Virus record (IMG/VR): IMGVR_UViG_3300028908_000011
Span: 1-57,044 of that record
Direction: 5' to 3' (one strand)
Source: a virus
Lineage: Duplodnaviria; Caudoviricetes
DNA length: 57,044 bases
Shown here: positions 47,252-55,990 of the stretch, in pieces
Numbering within the stretch: position 1 is the first letter of the stretch
How the letters are laid out: each line of letters begins with the position of its first letter
Position numbers and translations under genes: made by a program
Notes under the pieces: model-generated
What the model saw: the letters and a program-made list of their open reading frames with translations, nothing else
The model's database searches: none
Told to the model about the DNA's origin: nothing

Positions 47252-47812
47252 TTACTTTTTTTGCTTTTTGTTTTCGATCTCTTTTGGACTTGTTATTTCT
47301 GTATCTATCACATCCCTTTTGTTATCAGGTAGATACAAAATAACGTCTTCCTTTTTTTCTGTTATACTTAGATCAATTTTTTCGCTATAGCCTCTATCTT
47401 TTCCTTTGGTTTTTAGATAGAAAATTATAGCCGTTGTATCTCCTTCTTTGATTTTGTTTAGCAGTTTGCTTTCTACAAAATCTATTTGAGTTTCTTTTAT
47501 TTTCTCATACTCTTTTTTATAATTCTCTGATTTATTAAGCCAATCATAGTGGCTGTTATGCGTTACTCCAGCCATTTTCAAAGCCGGTGTTAAAATGCCG
47601 ACAGTTTGTTCGAGCGCTTTCAATAAGCGCTTTTGATTGTCTGTCAACTTACCTTCTTTTGCCTTTTTTGATTCCTGATCTTTCTTATTACAGTCCTTGC
47701 ACTTCCCGCTATACCCGGTAGGAGTTTTCGGGTTTTTCAAAAACTCCTTTATGGGTTTTGTTTTTCTGCACTTGTAGCACCTCTTTTTTGTTAGCAGTAT
47801 TTTGTTGGCCAC
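47252..47812 (-). CDS. terS: Terminase small subunit (N-terminal CxxC/CxxC Zn finger)
   Basis: DFVESKL...GDTTAIIFYLKTKGKDRGY motif, upstream of terL. Confidence 0.78.
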   Translation of the reverse strand: MANKILLTKKRCYKCRKTKPIKEFLKNPKTPTGYSGKCKDCNKKDQESKKAKEGKLTDNQKRLLKALEQTVGILTPALKMAGVTHNSHYDWLNKSENYKKEYEKIKETQIDFVESKLLNKIKEGDTTAIIFYLKTKGKDRGYSEKIDLSITEKKEDVILYLPDNKRDVIDTEITSPKEIENKKQKK

Positions 47813-48390
47813 TAAAAGCTCTCCAAGTATGCTTTTAGCTCGTTTCTGAAAAGATCTCTGTCGCTATCCGGAAATAAGGAGTTTTGCTCATCTAAGAAAA
47901 AAGTCTTCTTTGTTTTGCCCGCCATTTTTCCTTTTTTTGTATGAACATCGAATGTATAATCAGGTAGCTCCATTCTATCCTCTTCGCTTATGCTGTTTAA
48001 GAGGTCTTCAATTTCTTTATCTGTTATCCCTATCTTGTTATCGTATATAAAATTTTGAAGATGATCCGTATCTCTGGACTTTATGGCTCTGCATAGAATC
48101 ATTACTGCCTTACTTATAAAAATCCTTCCTTTTGGTTTTTTGGGCTTTGGCGTGTTGACGAGCGTGTAGGAGTAGTGTAATGCCACTATCTCTTTAGTTA
48201 CCCATGTCTCAACATCCTCAGCGCTTACTGTTAAAAGTCTTTTCCAGCAGTAATTAGCGAACCCGCTTGCGAACAATTCAAGTGCCATATACCCTGCAAG
48301 TTTTTCATCGCCTCTTCTTATGCTCTTTTGTAGAGCACTTGCAACGTCTAAAAGACTGTAACCTCTATTTGTTTTTATCTCATATCTCAT
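47812..48390 (-). CDS. Stand-alone RarA/MgsA C-terminal-like protein
   Basis: SALQKSIRRGD, KRLLTVSAEDV, LPDYTFDVHT; no Walker A motif. Confidence 0.7.
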   Translation of the reverse strand: MRYEIKTNRGYSLLDVASALQKSIRRGDEKLAGYMALELFASGFANYCWKRLLTVSAEDVETWVTKEIVALHYSYTLVNTPKPKKPKGRIFISKAVMILCRAIKSRDTDHLQNFIYDNKIGITDKEIEDLLNSISEEDRMELPDYTFDVHTKKGKMAGKTKKTFFLDEQNSLFPDSDRDLFRNELKAYLESF

Positions 48391-48421
48391 TTTTGTAACC
48401 TTCCTTGTATTTATTTGTTGG

Positions 48422-48439
48422 TAGGTTAATTATAACCTA
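48422..48439 (-). promoter_or_regulatory. Promoter/operator cassette copy 8
   Basis: TAGGTTAATTATAACCTA plus conserved flank. Confidence 0.85.
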
Positions 48440-48500
48440 TGTTCAATAAGGTTTTACTTAAATTTAATAGTTTTTTGTAGGTTTAACTATTATTTTTTAT

Positions 48501-49229
48501 CTATAAGATAATTTTGCTTTCCCTTTTTATGTTTATATTTACTTTGTCCGTTCCTTTATAAGAACTTAGTTTTATACAGTCTCCATGCTTTTCTTTTAGT
48601 AGTCTCTTATCGCTTTCAAGATTATCGCTACTTCTTAAGATACTGCTACCGCCTGCATTGTAGTTTTTATGACTGTAGAAAGAAAATCTATTGTCTATCC
48701 AGATAAACCTGTTTTTATATAACTGTGTCAAGCAGAAATCAACGTCAACTCTTATTTTCAGCCTTTCGTCAAAGAAGTCGTTTTTCCCTATTATTCCAAT
48801 TATAGAGCCAATCCAACCTTTTAAGAGGAAAGGTTTTGACGGATTATACTTTCTGGGATCCATTGTTTGATTAAATCCAAATACAACTGCTCCTACATCT
48901 TTTGCACATATATAGCAGTTGTTTAATATCTGATCTATTACTTCCGGATCTTTTATAGAGTTTGCTTTTTTTCTGCATACCGAATAAAAACTTGTTATAT
49001 CATCATCTATCATGATAATGTCTTCTTTGTAGTTTCTTATACAGTAGTTTCTCACTTTTGCAAGTCCAATAACATCATCCGGTAGTGTTTCTATTTTGTC
49101 AGGGTCTATCTTTTTGGCGTACCTGTCTTTTTCGCTATCCGGGACTAATACTATGTAGTCCTTTAAGAGTTTGTGTGTGGTTATTGTGTTGTATCTCCCT
49201 CTGGAGACGATTATCTTCTTAAGATTCAT
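48501..49229 (-). CDS. GT-A glycosyltransferase (TET-associated/GREB1-like), putative DNA modification
   Basis: SRGR, VRNY, MIDDD, DVDFCL, NAGG motifs; next to ParB-N gene. Confidence 0.72.
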   Translation of the reverse strand: MNLKKIIVSRGRYNTITTHKLLKDYIVLVPDSEKDRYAKKIDPDKIETLPDDVIGLAKVRNYCIRNYKEDIIMIDDDITSFYSVCRKKANSIKDPEVIDQILNNCYICAKDVGAVVFGFNQTMDPRKYNPSKPFLLKGWIGSIIGIIGKNDFFDERLKIRVDVDFCLTQLYKNRFIWIDNRFSFYSHKNYNAGGSSILRSSDNLESDKRLLKEKHGDCIKLSSYKGTDKVNINIKRESKIIL

Positions 49230-49929
49230 CTTTGCCGCCTAACAACTCGACTAGCTTTGTTCCGTCAACTACCCTTCCTAATCCAATTTTTTTTACTTTA
49301 GGCGATAGAGATGCGTCCACTTTTTTAATTCCAAGCCCTGTAAGACACTTTACGTAATCATTTACGTCGTCAAACTTAAATACGATAAAGTCCTGATGCT
49401 CGAATAGCATAGGATTCATCCTTTCTGTCTCTTTATCGTTTTTTTCTTTTGTTTCTATTACATTACTGTCGTCATCAAATATATCGCTGTGGAGTATATC
49501 CATTAACTCGTCTTCGTCAAACCCTAAAGAATCGGTATCTATTAAGTCTTGTAAGCCTTCAATCTCTGCTGATAATAACTCCATATCAAAAAAGCTTTCC
49601 TCGGCTACTCTGTTATCTGCTATCGCATAAGCCTTTAACTGTGCCTCTGTGAGGTGTTCCGCTCTTATGCAAGGGATTTTATCGATCTTTAGCCTTCTAG
49701 CGGCTTCCAGTCTTCCGTTTCCTGCAATCACTATGTTATCGTTGTCTATAACTATTGGATTTATAAATCCAAACTCTTTTAGACTCTTTGCTATCTTTTC
49801 TATACTCTTTGAACTGTGTACATTTACATTTTCGTCATTTAGGTGTAGATCTTTTTGGTCTATATAGATAGTTTTCAGCTTCAAATTTTTGCCTTTTTTG
49901 TTTTTTTGATTGTAGTCTTTTTTTAACAA
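49219..49929 (-). CDS. ParB N-terminal domain protein (DNA-modification-associated type)
   Basis: SLKEFGFINPIVID..NIVIAGNGRLEAA...YAIADNR; start uncertain. Confidence 0.85.
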   Translation of the reverse strand: MLKKDYNQKNKKGKNLKLKTIYIDQKDLHLNDENVNVHSSKSIEKIAKSLKEFGFINPIVIDNDNIVIAGNGRLEAARRLKIDKIPCIRAEHLTEAQLKAYAIADNRVAEESFFDMELLSAEIEGLQDLIDTDSLGFDEDELMDILHSDIFDDDSNVIETKEKNDKETERMNPMLFEHQDFIVFKFDDVNDYVKCLTGLGIKKVDASLSPKVKKIGLGRVVDGTKLVELLGGKDES

Positions 49930-50395
49930 TATGCTCGTTTAATGCTTCCAGAACATCTAAACATATGCCTGAGCCGTCATATTCCTTTAAAAACTCAGGT
50001 ATATATTTATAGTATTTATTAACTATATCTATAGAGTTGTTATAAGTCAATATAGCAGAGCCTGTATCAAAAGTAAACTCCTCTGATAGCTTTACTTTTT
50101 CAAGCAAGTTTCTTTTGTTTGTTTTTCTACCTATCCACTCTGCAAACAAAGTTACTTCAAGTTTGAAGGTTTTTTCAATTTCAAGACTATCTTGTAGATC
50201 TCTGTAGTCATCCATACTCATATATATAAAACCACCTATCTTTTTGTGTTTTATATTTTTTGCAAATTTGGATACATAAAAATAAGTAGTATTGCTTTTC
50301 TTCATCTCTTTAGCACACTGCACTAAAGAGATATACTCTACTCCGTCTTTTACTATATATGGTGATGCTCTTCCGTGTCTTGTAAGTATTGACAT
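49835..50395 (-). CDS. Hypothetical protein
   Basis: 186 aa ORF in operon. Confidence 0.6.
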   Translation of the reverse strand: MSILTRHGRASPYIVKDGVEYISLVQCAKEMKKSNTTYFYVSKFAKNIKHKKIGGFIYMSMDDYRDLQDSLEIEKTFKLEVTLFAEWIGRKTNKRNLLEKVKLSEEFTFDTGSAILTYNNSIDIVNKYYKYIPEFLKEYDGSGICLDVLEALNEHIVKKRLQSKKQKRQKFEAENYLYRPKRSTPK

Positions 50396-50404
50396 TTTTT
50401 AACT

Positions 50405-50680
50405 TTAGTTGTTCTGATTTATAATAAAGTCTTCAACGGTATAAATAAGATATGTTCTTTCTTTGTTACCCTTTTTTACGTCTATTCTTACTTCAAGCTC
50501 TCCTTTGTTGTTAATTACTCCGTACTCAACACCTGTTTTTGCGTTTGCTCCAAACTCGTCTATTATTGTGTCTATTATCTCTTTTGCTCTTGTAGCATAG
50601 CCAATAGCGTCAATTTTAACTTTTACGTCATCAAGATCTATTTTTTTCATATTTTCCCCTTTCAAATATGTTTGAAACAA
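50405..50680 (-). CDS. Hypothetical protein
   Basis: ORF; likely start MKKIDL at 50650. Confidence 0.6.
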   Translation of the reverse strand: MFQTYLKGENMKKIDLDDVKVKIDAIGYATRAKEIIDTIIDEFGANAKTGVEYGVINNKGELEVRIDVKKGNKERTYLIYTVEDFIINQNN

Positions 50681-51011
50681 CTTTTACACTCTTTGCATTT
50701 TCAGCATTGAGATAAAATAGCAATTCATCTCTTTTTGTTATAATTGCGTTATTGTCAAATACAATTCTTCCTGCCATAATTGCACCATCATGAAATATAA
50801 TTTCATACTCATCGCCATTACTGTCTTTAACTATGTCTCCTAAGAAAATCTCTACTTCAATTTTGTCGTGAAAACCTGTACTTTGTGTTAGAATAATCCC
50901 TCTATACTCTTCTTTTGTTAATCTTTGTTCAAATGTGCATATCTCTTCCATTGTTAGCGCTTGTAACATCTCTTTACTGTCTTTGTGAAATGCTCTAAAT
51001 AATAATTTCAT
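50631..51011 (-). CDS. YopX-family protein
   Basis: FRAFHK, QSTGFHDK...EIFLGDIV, VVSNIFE. Confidence 0.8.
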   Translation of the reverse strand: MKLLFRAFHKDSKEMLQALTMEEICTFEQRLTKEEYRGIILTQSTGFHDKIEVEIFLGDIVKDSNGDEYEIIFHDGAIMAGRIVFDNNAIITKRDELLFYLNAENAKSVKVVSNIFERGKYEKNRS

Positions 51012-51025
51012 CTTTCCTTCCTATC

Positions 51026-51511
51026 TTAAAACGGTATTTCATCATCGTCTATGTCTATCTCCGGGATCTCCGGCTGACTGTAACTGCTTTGTTGTTGACT
51101 GTGATTATCCTGTGGCTGGTTATAGCTGTTTTGTGGTTGACTGTAACTGTTTTGCGGATTGTTATAGCTTCCAGTTCCTTCATTGTCTTTTTTACAGTCA
51201 AGCATCGTCATGCTTTTAACCGTGACTTGATGCTTTTGCTTTTTTTGCCCGTTTTGATCAGTCCAAGTATTTAGCTTTAGCTTTCCTTCTATGCTTATTT
51301 TTGAACCTTTCTTTAGGTATTGATTTGCTATTTCCGCCTGTCTTCCAAAAAATGAAAGATCTACAAACATTACATCCTCTTGCGTTACTCCACTACTGTC
51401 TTTATATTTCTCTGTTACTGCTATAGCTGTGGATCCTATAGCAGTACCTGACGGCGCATAGCGTAACTCTATGTCTCTTGTAAGATTTCCTAATAGTACG
51501 ATTAAATTCAT
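51026..51511 (-). CDS. ssb: Single-stranded DNA-binding protein
   Basis: LGNLTRDIELRY, FGRQAEIANQYLKKGSK, acidic tail IDIDDDEIPF. Confidence 0.95.
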   Translation of the reverse strand: MNLIVLLGNLTRDIELRYAPSGTAIGSTAIAVTEKYKDSSGVTQEDVMFVDLSFFGRQAEIANQYLKKGSKISIEGKLKLNTWTDQNGQKKQKHQVTVKSMTMLDCKKDNEGTGSYNNPQNSYSQPQNSYNQPQDNHSQQQSSYSQPEIPEIDIDDDEIPF

Positions 51512-52140
51512 TTTTTTGCCTCTCTGTATAATTCTGCAAACTTTTGTTTAGCTGTCTCTAATCCATGTAAGATAACAAGCTCCGTTAATATCTTGTTATC
51601 CTCTTTGCCGTTTATGATCTTTTTATATACTCCATCTTTGTAGCCGTTTTCTTGCCTAAAGCCATTAAGCCAGTTTTTCGCAAAATAGAGATCATATATA
51701 TCTTTCGTATCATCAAATATATGCTCTTTTAGTTCACAGAAAGACTCTATAGTGTACATTAATGTTCTATCCGCACTATATTTGATTACATTATCTATGC
51801 TCTTATGTATGGAGTTTCTCGTAATGTACTTGTCGGATAAACATTCATGAAGAAACTCTAGTTCTTCCTTGATAATAGCCCAGCTTACTAAAAAATGAAG
51901 TATATCTACATACTCCATTTTTATATTGTCATGATCGCATGTCTCAAACTTCCACCATTTCCAAGCGGTGGAGTCAAATAGCTCCACTGCTTCTGCATAT
52001 ATCGCCCTATGCCATGCAAGGTTTTTGATTTGCCAGTCTTTACCTACTGTCTTGTTGTTGTTATCAATCTGTAATGCAACAACTTTTTTGAAGTCATTAT
52101 CTATCTGGTTTAGACTCATAAAATAGTCAATATAATTCAT
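51508..52140 (-). CDS. Dimeric (all-alpha) dUTPase
   Basis: EAVELFDS..WKWWK, MEYVDILHF, KN.LN.FRQENGYK, NGKEDN. Confidence 0.88.
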   Translation of the reverse strand: MNYIDYFMSLNQIDNDFKKVVALQIDNNNKTVGKDWQIKNLAWHRAIYAEAVELFDSTAWKWWKFETCDHDNIKMEYVDILHFLVSWAIIKEELEFLHECLSDKYITRNSIHKSIDNVIKYSADRTLMYTIESFCELKEHIFDDTKDIYDLYFAKNWLNGFRQENGYKDGVYKKIINGKEDNKILTELVILHGLETAKQKFAELYREAKK

Positions 52141-52167
52141 TTCAGCGCTTAATCCTTTCTTGTTTTG

Positions 52168-52185
52168 TAGGTTAATTGTAACCTA
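52168..52185 (-). promoter_or_regulatory. Promoter/operator cassette copy 9
   Basis: TAGGTTAATTGTAACCTA (-10 TACAAT). Confidence 0.8.
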
Positions 52186-52267
52186 TATCAATTTAAAATA
52201 GTATTAATTTTGATAGTTTTTAGTAGGTTTTTCTATTATATTTGCAATATAATGTACTTTTTGGAAC

Positions 52268-52840
52268 TCATTTTTTGAACTCCCACTCATGAAAGTGTAT
52301 TGTGTGAACTTTATAGCACTTTCCACTCTCAAAGCACACAATAACATCGATATCGCCATCTCTATTAAGCATTAATTTTAGCTCAGACTGCTCGTCCTTC
52401 TTTATGCCTTCTGCACTTAAATCTAATTTAATTCCAAAAACATTATCTTTGTTAAAGGATATTTCTATATCTTTTTGTTTTATCTCTTTTACATAATTTT
52501 TTAGATCAACTTTTTCTGCTTTTGCATCCTTAAAGACCGTATCTGTATCTTGATTTGTATGTTTAAAAATCGACTTTACATACTCCATAATCTCGTCTTG
52601 AATTTTGTTTGCTGCTCCTATATCTTTATCTTTAACGGCTTTTGTTATCATGCTTGTAATAACAATTGCGCCTGCAAAAAATGCGCTCATCATGTCTTCA
52701 ACTTGCTCATCTGACGCATCATCCGGTATAACCGCGCTCTTAAATTTATCCCATTCTTTTTCTAGTAAACTCAATCTATTCTCCTTGTTTTTTTGTAACT
52801 TAATAATGTACTTTTCACATCTCATCTGATAGCATAGCAC
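52268..52840 (-). CDS. Hypothetical protein (N-domain paralogous to 52815-53045)
   Basis: EWDKFKSAVI...QVEDMMSAFFAGA. Confidence 0.65.
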   Translation of the reverse strand: MLCYQMRCEKYIIKLQKNKENRLSLLEKEWDKFKSAVIPDDASDEQVEDMMSAFFAGAIVITSMITKAVKDKDIGAANKIQDEIMEYVKSIFKHTNQDTDTVFKDAKAEKVDLKNYVKEIKQKDIEISFNKDNVFGIKLDLSAEGIKKDEQSELKLMLNRDGDIDVIVCFESGKCYKVHTIHFHEWEFKK

Positions 52841-53045
52841 TTGAAGCCATGAACGCTATAATGTCATCTTCAATATCTCTAATTTTGTCCACTTGTTTGT
52901 CTTTATTTGCAAGCTTTATTGACCCTAATGCTGTAGCAACTCCTGCATAAAAAGCACGTTTCATATCAACAACTTGATTACATGGTGTGCAATCTAGTAT
53001 AGCAATATTTTTAAACGCCTCCCAAGCTTTTTCCGTTTGTCTCAC
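52815..53045 (-). CDS. Hypothetical protein
   Basis: AWEAFKNIAI...QVVDMKRAFYAGV. Confidence 0.65.
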   Translation of the reverse strand: MRQTEKAWEAFKNIAILDCTPCNQVVDMKRAFYAGVATALGSIKLANKDKQVDKIRDIEDDIIAFMASSAMLSDEM

Positions 53046-53242
53046 TAATTTCTCTCCTTGTATTTTTTGATTATTTTTATTTCCGTTCCGATTCCTATTA
53101 TTTCAATATCTTTTCTGTCTCTCTCTATTATTCTCTTGTACTCTTTCAAAAAAAGAGGATTTAGATACGATAGGAACTCCTTTAGCTCTTTTCCGTTTTT
53201 TATCTCTACGTCTTCTTTTGTTACATGGTGTTTTAAAATCAC
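53045..53242 (-). CDS. Hypothetical protein
   Basis: 65 aa, tightly packed. Confidence 0.55.
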   Translation of the reverse strand: MILKHHVTKEDVEIKNGKELKEFLSYLNPLFLKEYKRIIERDRKDIEIIGIGTEIKIIKKYKERN

Positions 53243-53243
53243 T

Positions 53244-53756
53244 TTAGCACTCGATCTCTTGAATTATTCTGCTTGAGGTTTTTATAATGTGTATGTATTG
53301 CCTAATGTACTCTATACTTGTGTCATATAGCGTCGATACAAGATCCTGTAGATATTTTATTTCAGACTCGTCTATTATCTCCTTTATTCTTTTTGATGTG
53401 TTCTTTCTGTTGACTACGTCATATAGCAATCTAATAGTCAAAAGATCCAAGTCAAACTCTTTTTTATCCAATAGTCCGTTTGTCCTTGCATGTAGCAAAA
53501 GGATTTTTGCACTTAACTTTTTTGAACCCGCTTTATCTTTCTGCATGATGTCTTTCTCTATAAGCGTCTCTATTCTGCTTTTTAGCTCCAAAAGGTACGC
53601 TTCTATGGTTTTATGTGTGTTTTCGTCTGAATTGTCTTTTATGACTGTTCCAGTAGCGTCAACCTCACCGTTTTTTATCCTGTTTTTTGTTTCTATTATA
53701 GCTTTTACGAAAATAAGCATAGCTATACATTTTGCTTCACCACTCGATATCTTCAT
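53244..53756 (-). CDS. Hypothetical protein
   Basis: 170 aa, coupled to upstream stop. Confidence 0.65.
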   Translation of the reverse strand: MKISSGEAKCIAMLIFVKAIIETKNRIKNGEVDATGTVIKDNSDENTHKTIEAYLLELKSRIETLIEKDIMQKDKAGSKKLSAKILLLHARTNGLLDKKEFDLDLLTIRLLYDVVNRKNTSKRIKEIIDESEIKYLQDLVSTLYDTSIEYIRQYIHIIKTSSRIIQEIEC

Positions 53757-54214
53757 AACCTGACCTTTTCTGCAAACTCTTCAATAGTATCGCAAGACAT
53801 CCAATGCTTTAGTGCATCTATAGCCTGATCTCCAAAGTGGACGACGATAAACATATGGTGACCGTCTAAAAGCTCTTGAAACTTCTTTTGATCGTCGCTT
53901 AGGCTTGAAGTCCATTTAAACTCTATGTACATACCTGCTAATCCGAATCTGGGTATAGGTACGTGAACATCCCAAACTCCGGATATAAGCCCCTCTCTTT
54001 TAAACTTAGCTCTTTCAAACTTAGTTTTATTTGAGCCGTTTGGTATGTGATATATGGAACCGAAAATTTCGTTTTTTCTTTTCAATACTTTAACACCGTT
54101 GAAAAATTTAGCTTGTTGTGATCCCTCGTTTGACATCTTCAAGGCATCAGCTATATTCATTTTCCACTTTGAGTATCGATCAAAGCTTTTTTTTCTGCTA
54201 TTGGCTATAAGCAT
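53753..54214 (-). CDS. VRR-NUC-like nuclease
   Basis: YHIPNG, EGLISGVWD, MYIEFK, SDDQK motifs. Confidence 0.8.
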   Translation of the reverse strand: MLIANSRKKSFDRYSKWKMNIADALKMSNEGSQQAKFFNGVKVLKRKNEIFGSIYHIPNGSNKTKFERAKFKREGLISGVWDVHVPIPRFGLAGMYIEFKWTSSLSDDQKKFQELLDGHHMFIVVHFGDQAIDALKHWMSCDTIEEFAEKVRL

Positions 54215-54395
54215 TTTTGTTCTTTATGTCTTCTATTGCAAGATGTTTTAAATATGCTAAAGGAATCTGCTTTGACATCTTTTTTATCCTCTTTCCGCAT
54301 TCAAGGCACTGCACTATTACTACAGTATTATTATTAAATCTACTGTTTCCAAATCTACATATGCCACCGCACTCGCAAATTATAAATTTTCGCAC
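54198..54395 (-). CDS. Small Zn-ribbon protein
   Basis: CECGG...CLECG. Confidence 0.55.
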   Translation of the reverse strand: MRKFIICECGGICRFGNSRFNNNTVVIVQCLECGKRIKKMSKQIPLAYLKHLAIEDIKNKNAYSQ

Positions 54396-54781
54396 TTTTT
54401 TTCCTTTTTGAAATCCTCAAATGCTTTTATAATCTGCTCCATCTTCTTAAATTTATTAAAGCCCATTATGCTGTTTTCTCTATATGGCCTCATACTTGAG
54501 ATTTGGCAATGGAATGAGTATTTGTGTTTGTATATTCCTAGTTTGTTTATATATAAGCTAAACCTTCCAAGACACCCTACTCCTGCATCTCTTAGCAATG
54601 AGTGTATTAGAATCAAATTACTTAACCTCTCATTTGAAATATCAACATACTTCCTAAATGCTAATCCTATGTCGTCATCAAGACTCTTAATATACTCTAG
54701 TTTTTCGCCCCTAGTTGAATAGAGAGTTGAATCCTTGAATCCTGCTCTTTCCATTATTTGCTTATTTGTCATTTTTTGCAC
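54380..54781 (-). CDS. Hypothetical protein, possible N-terminal HTH
   Basis: MTNKQIMERAGFKDSTLY. Confidence 0.6.
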   Translation of the reverse strand: MQKMTNKQIMERAGFKDSTLYSTRGEKLEYIKSLDDDIGLAFRKYVDISNERLSNLILIHSLLRDAGVGCLGRFSLYINKLGIYKHKYSFHCQISSMRPYRENSIMGFNKFKKMEQIIKAFEDFKKEKKCENL

Positions 54782-55051
54782 CTAGCTAAAAAGTTCTTCT
54801 TTGATTCTGATTTTTCTTTTTAATATTCCGTCAACTTTAGTTACGCTTCTTTCTATTAGACCTGCATATGCTAAGCGTCTAAGTGAGCTTTTGCAGGTAT
54901 AGATATTAAGATTTACAGTTTTTGCAATATCCGAATTGCTTATTTCTGTTATTCCGCTACTGTCTTTTGCGGACTCTTGAAGAGCAGATAACACTAGTTT
55001 ATCTGTAGTTGATATTTTTAGACTCATTATCTTATCGTTTATGCAAACCAT
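54782..55051 (-). CDS. Winged HTH protein
   Basis: SNSDIAKTVNLNIYTCKSSLRRLAYAGLIER. Confidence 0.75.
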   Translation of the reverse strand: MVCINDKIMSLKISTTDKLVLSALQESAKDSSGITEISNSDIAKTVNLNIYTCKSSLRRLAYAGLIERSVTKVDGILKRKIRIKEELFS

Positions 55052-55073
55052 TAAACTAACTCCTTGTACTTAG

Positions 55074-55091
55074 TAGGTTAATTATAACCTA
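55074..55091 (-). promoter_or_regulatory. Promoter/operator cassette copy 10
   Basis: TAGGTTAATTATAACCTA plus conserved flank. Confidence 0.85.
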
Positions 55092-55221
55092 TGTATGATA
55101 AGGTTTTACTTAAATTTAATAGTTTTTTGTAGGTTTTTGTGGTGTATTTTGTGGTTTTTGCGCTATAATACTAGTGCAATTTGTGTGATTGCACGCATTT
55201 CTTTTATTTGTGCAAGGGCGC

Positions 55222-55614
55222 TCACTCGCCCTGCACTTCTTCTAATTCATCTGTTTTTATTATTTTTTGAAGAGTTGCTATTTTTGCTTTTCTTTCTATG
55301 TCTAAGAGATCCACTAAACTTCTAAAATGTTTCTTTTGCATCATTCTCTTATTGGTATCTAGTGACGGTGAGGACATACCAAGTTTTTTAGCCAAAATAT
55401 CGTCTGTTACATTTAGCTCCTGCTTTACAGCCTTAACTATCTCTTTTGGAGTTACATCAAACAATAGCTCGTTTTCGTCAAAAGTATAGACCTTTGCGTT
55501 TCTAAACTTTCTTATATCGTATTTTCCTTTCTCGTATATAGGAACTGCCTTAACAACCCCGAAAGGTTTCATAAACAGATATACATAATCAAGACTATCT
55601 TTTCTTACAATCAT
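55222..55614 (-). CDS. HTH (Cro/XRE-like) domain protein
   Basis: VKQELNVTDDILAKKLGMSSPSL. Confidence 0.6.
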   Translation of the reverse strand: MIVRKDSLDYVYLFMKPFGVVKAVPIYEKGKYDIRKFRNAKVYTFDENELLFDVTPKEIVKAVKQELNVTDDILAKKLGMSSPSLDTNKRMMQKKHFRSLVDLLDIERKAKIATLQKIIKTDELEEVQGE

Positions 55615-55764
55615 TTACTTTTACCTCCATTTTTGTAAAATACTATCATATTTTATTTTTTTACTCCTTGTTAAAATAATTTAATTTTCCTTTTTTAATA
55701 GTTTTTTATTAAAAATCCACTAAAGTTTCAAAGCAGACAAAAAAACATCATAAAGGAAATAAAA

Positions 55765-55962
55765 ATGCTTGAAATCAATATCCTCGACGAACTAGCCGAG
55801 AACAGAAACAAGTCAAATCAAAAAAGCACCGTTGCAAAACGCATCGTAATACCTCTTACGGAAGAAGAGTATCAAAATGCCATGCGCGGTGCGTACATAA
55901 GTAAATGCTACAGACTATCTCACTTTCTCAAAATGAAGTTGAGAGAAAATAAGGTCATATAG
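55765..55962 (+). CDS. Small ribbon-helix-helix-like protein
   Basis: KRIVIPLTEEEYQ...LSHFLK; AAGGA RBS; divergent from HTH gene. Confidence 0.55.
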   Translation: MLEINILDELAENRNKSNQKSTVAKRIVIPLTEEEYQNAMRGAYISKCYRLSHFLKMKLRENKVI

Positions 55963-55990
55963 CCATCTGTAACACTCCAGCACTCCGCTT

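Noticed and set aside
49219-49929. ParABS partition ParB
   Set aside because: No HTH evident, no ParA, and context is glycosyltransferase plus terminase
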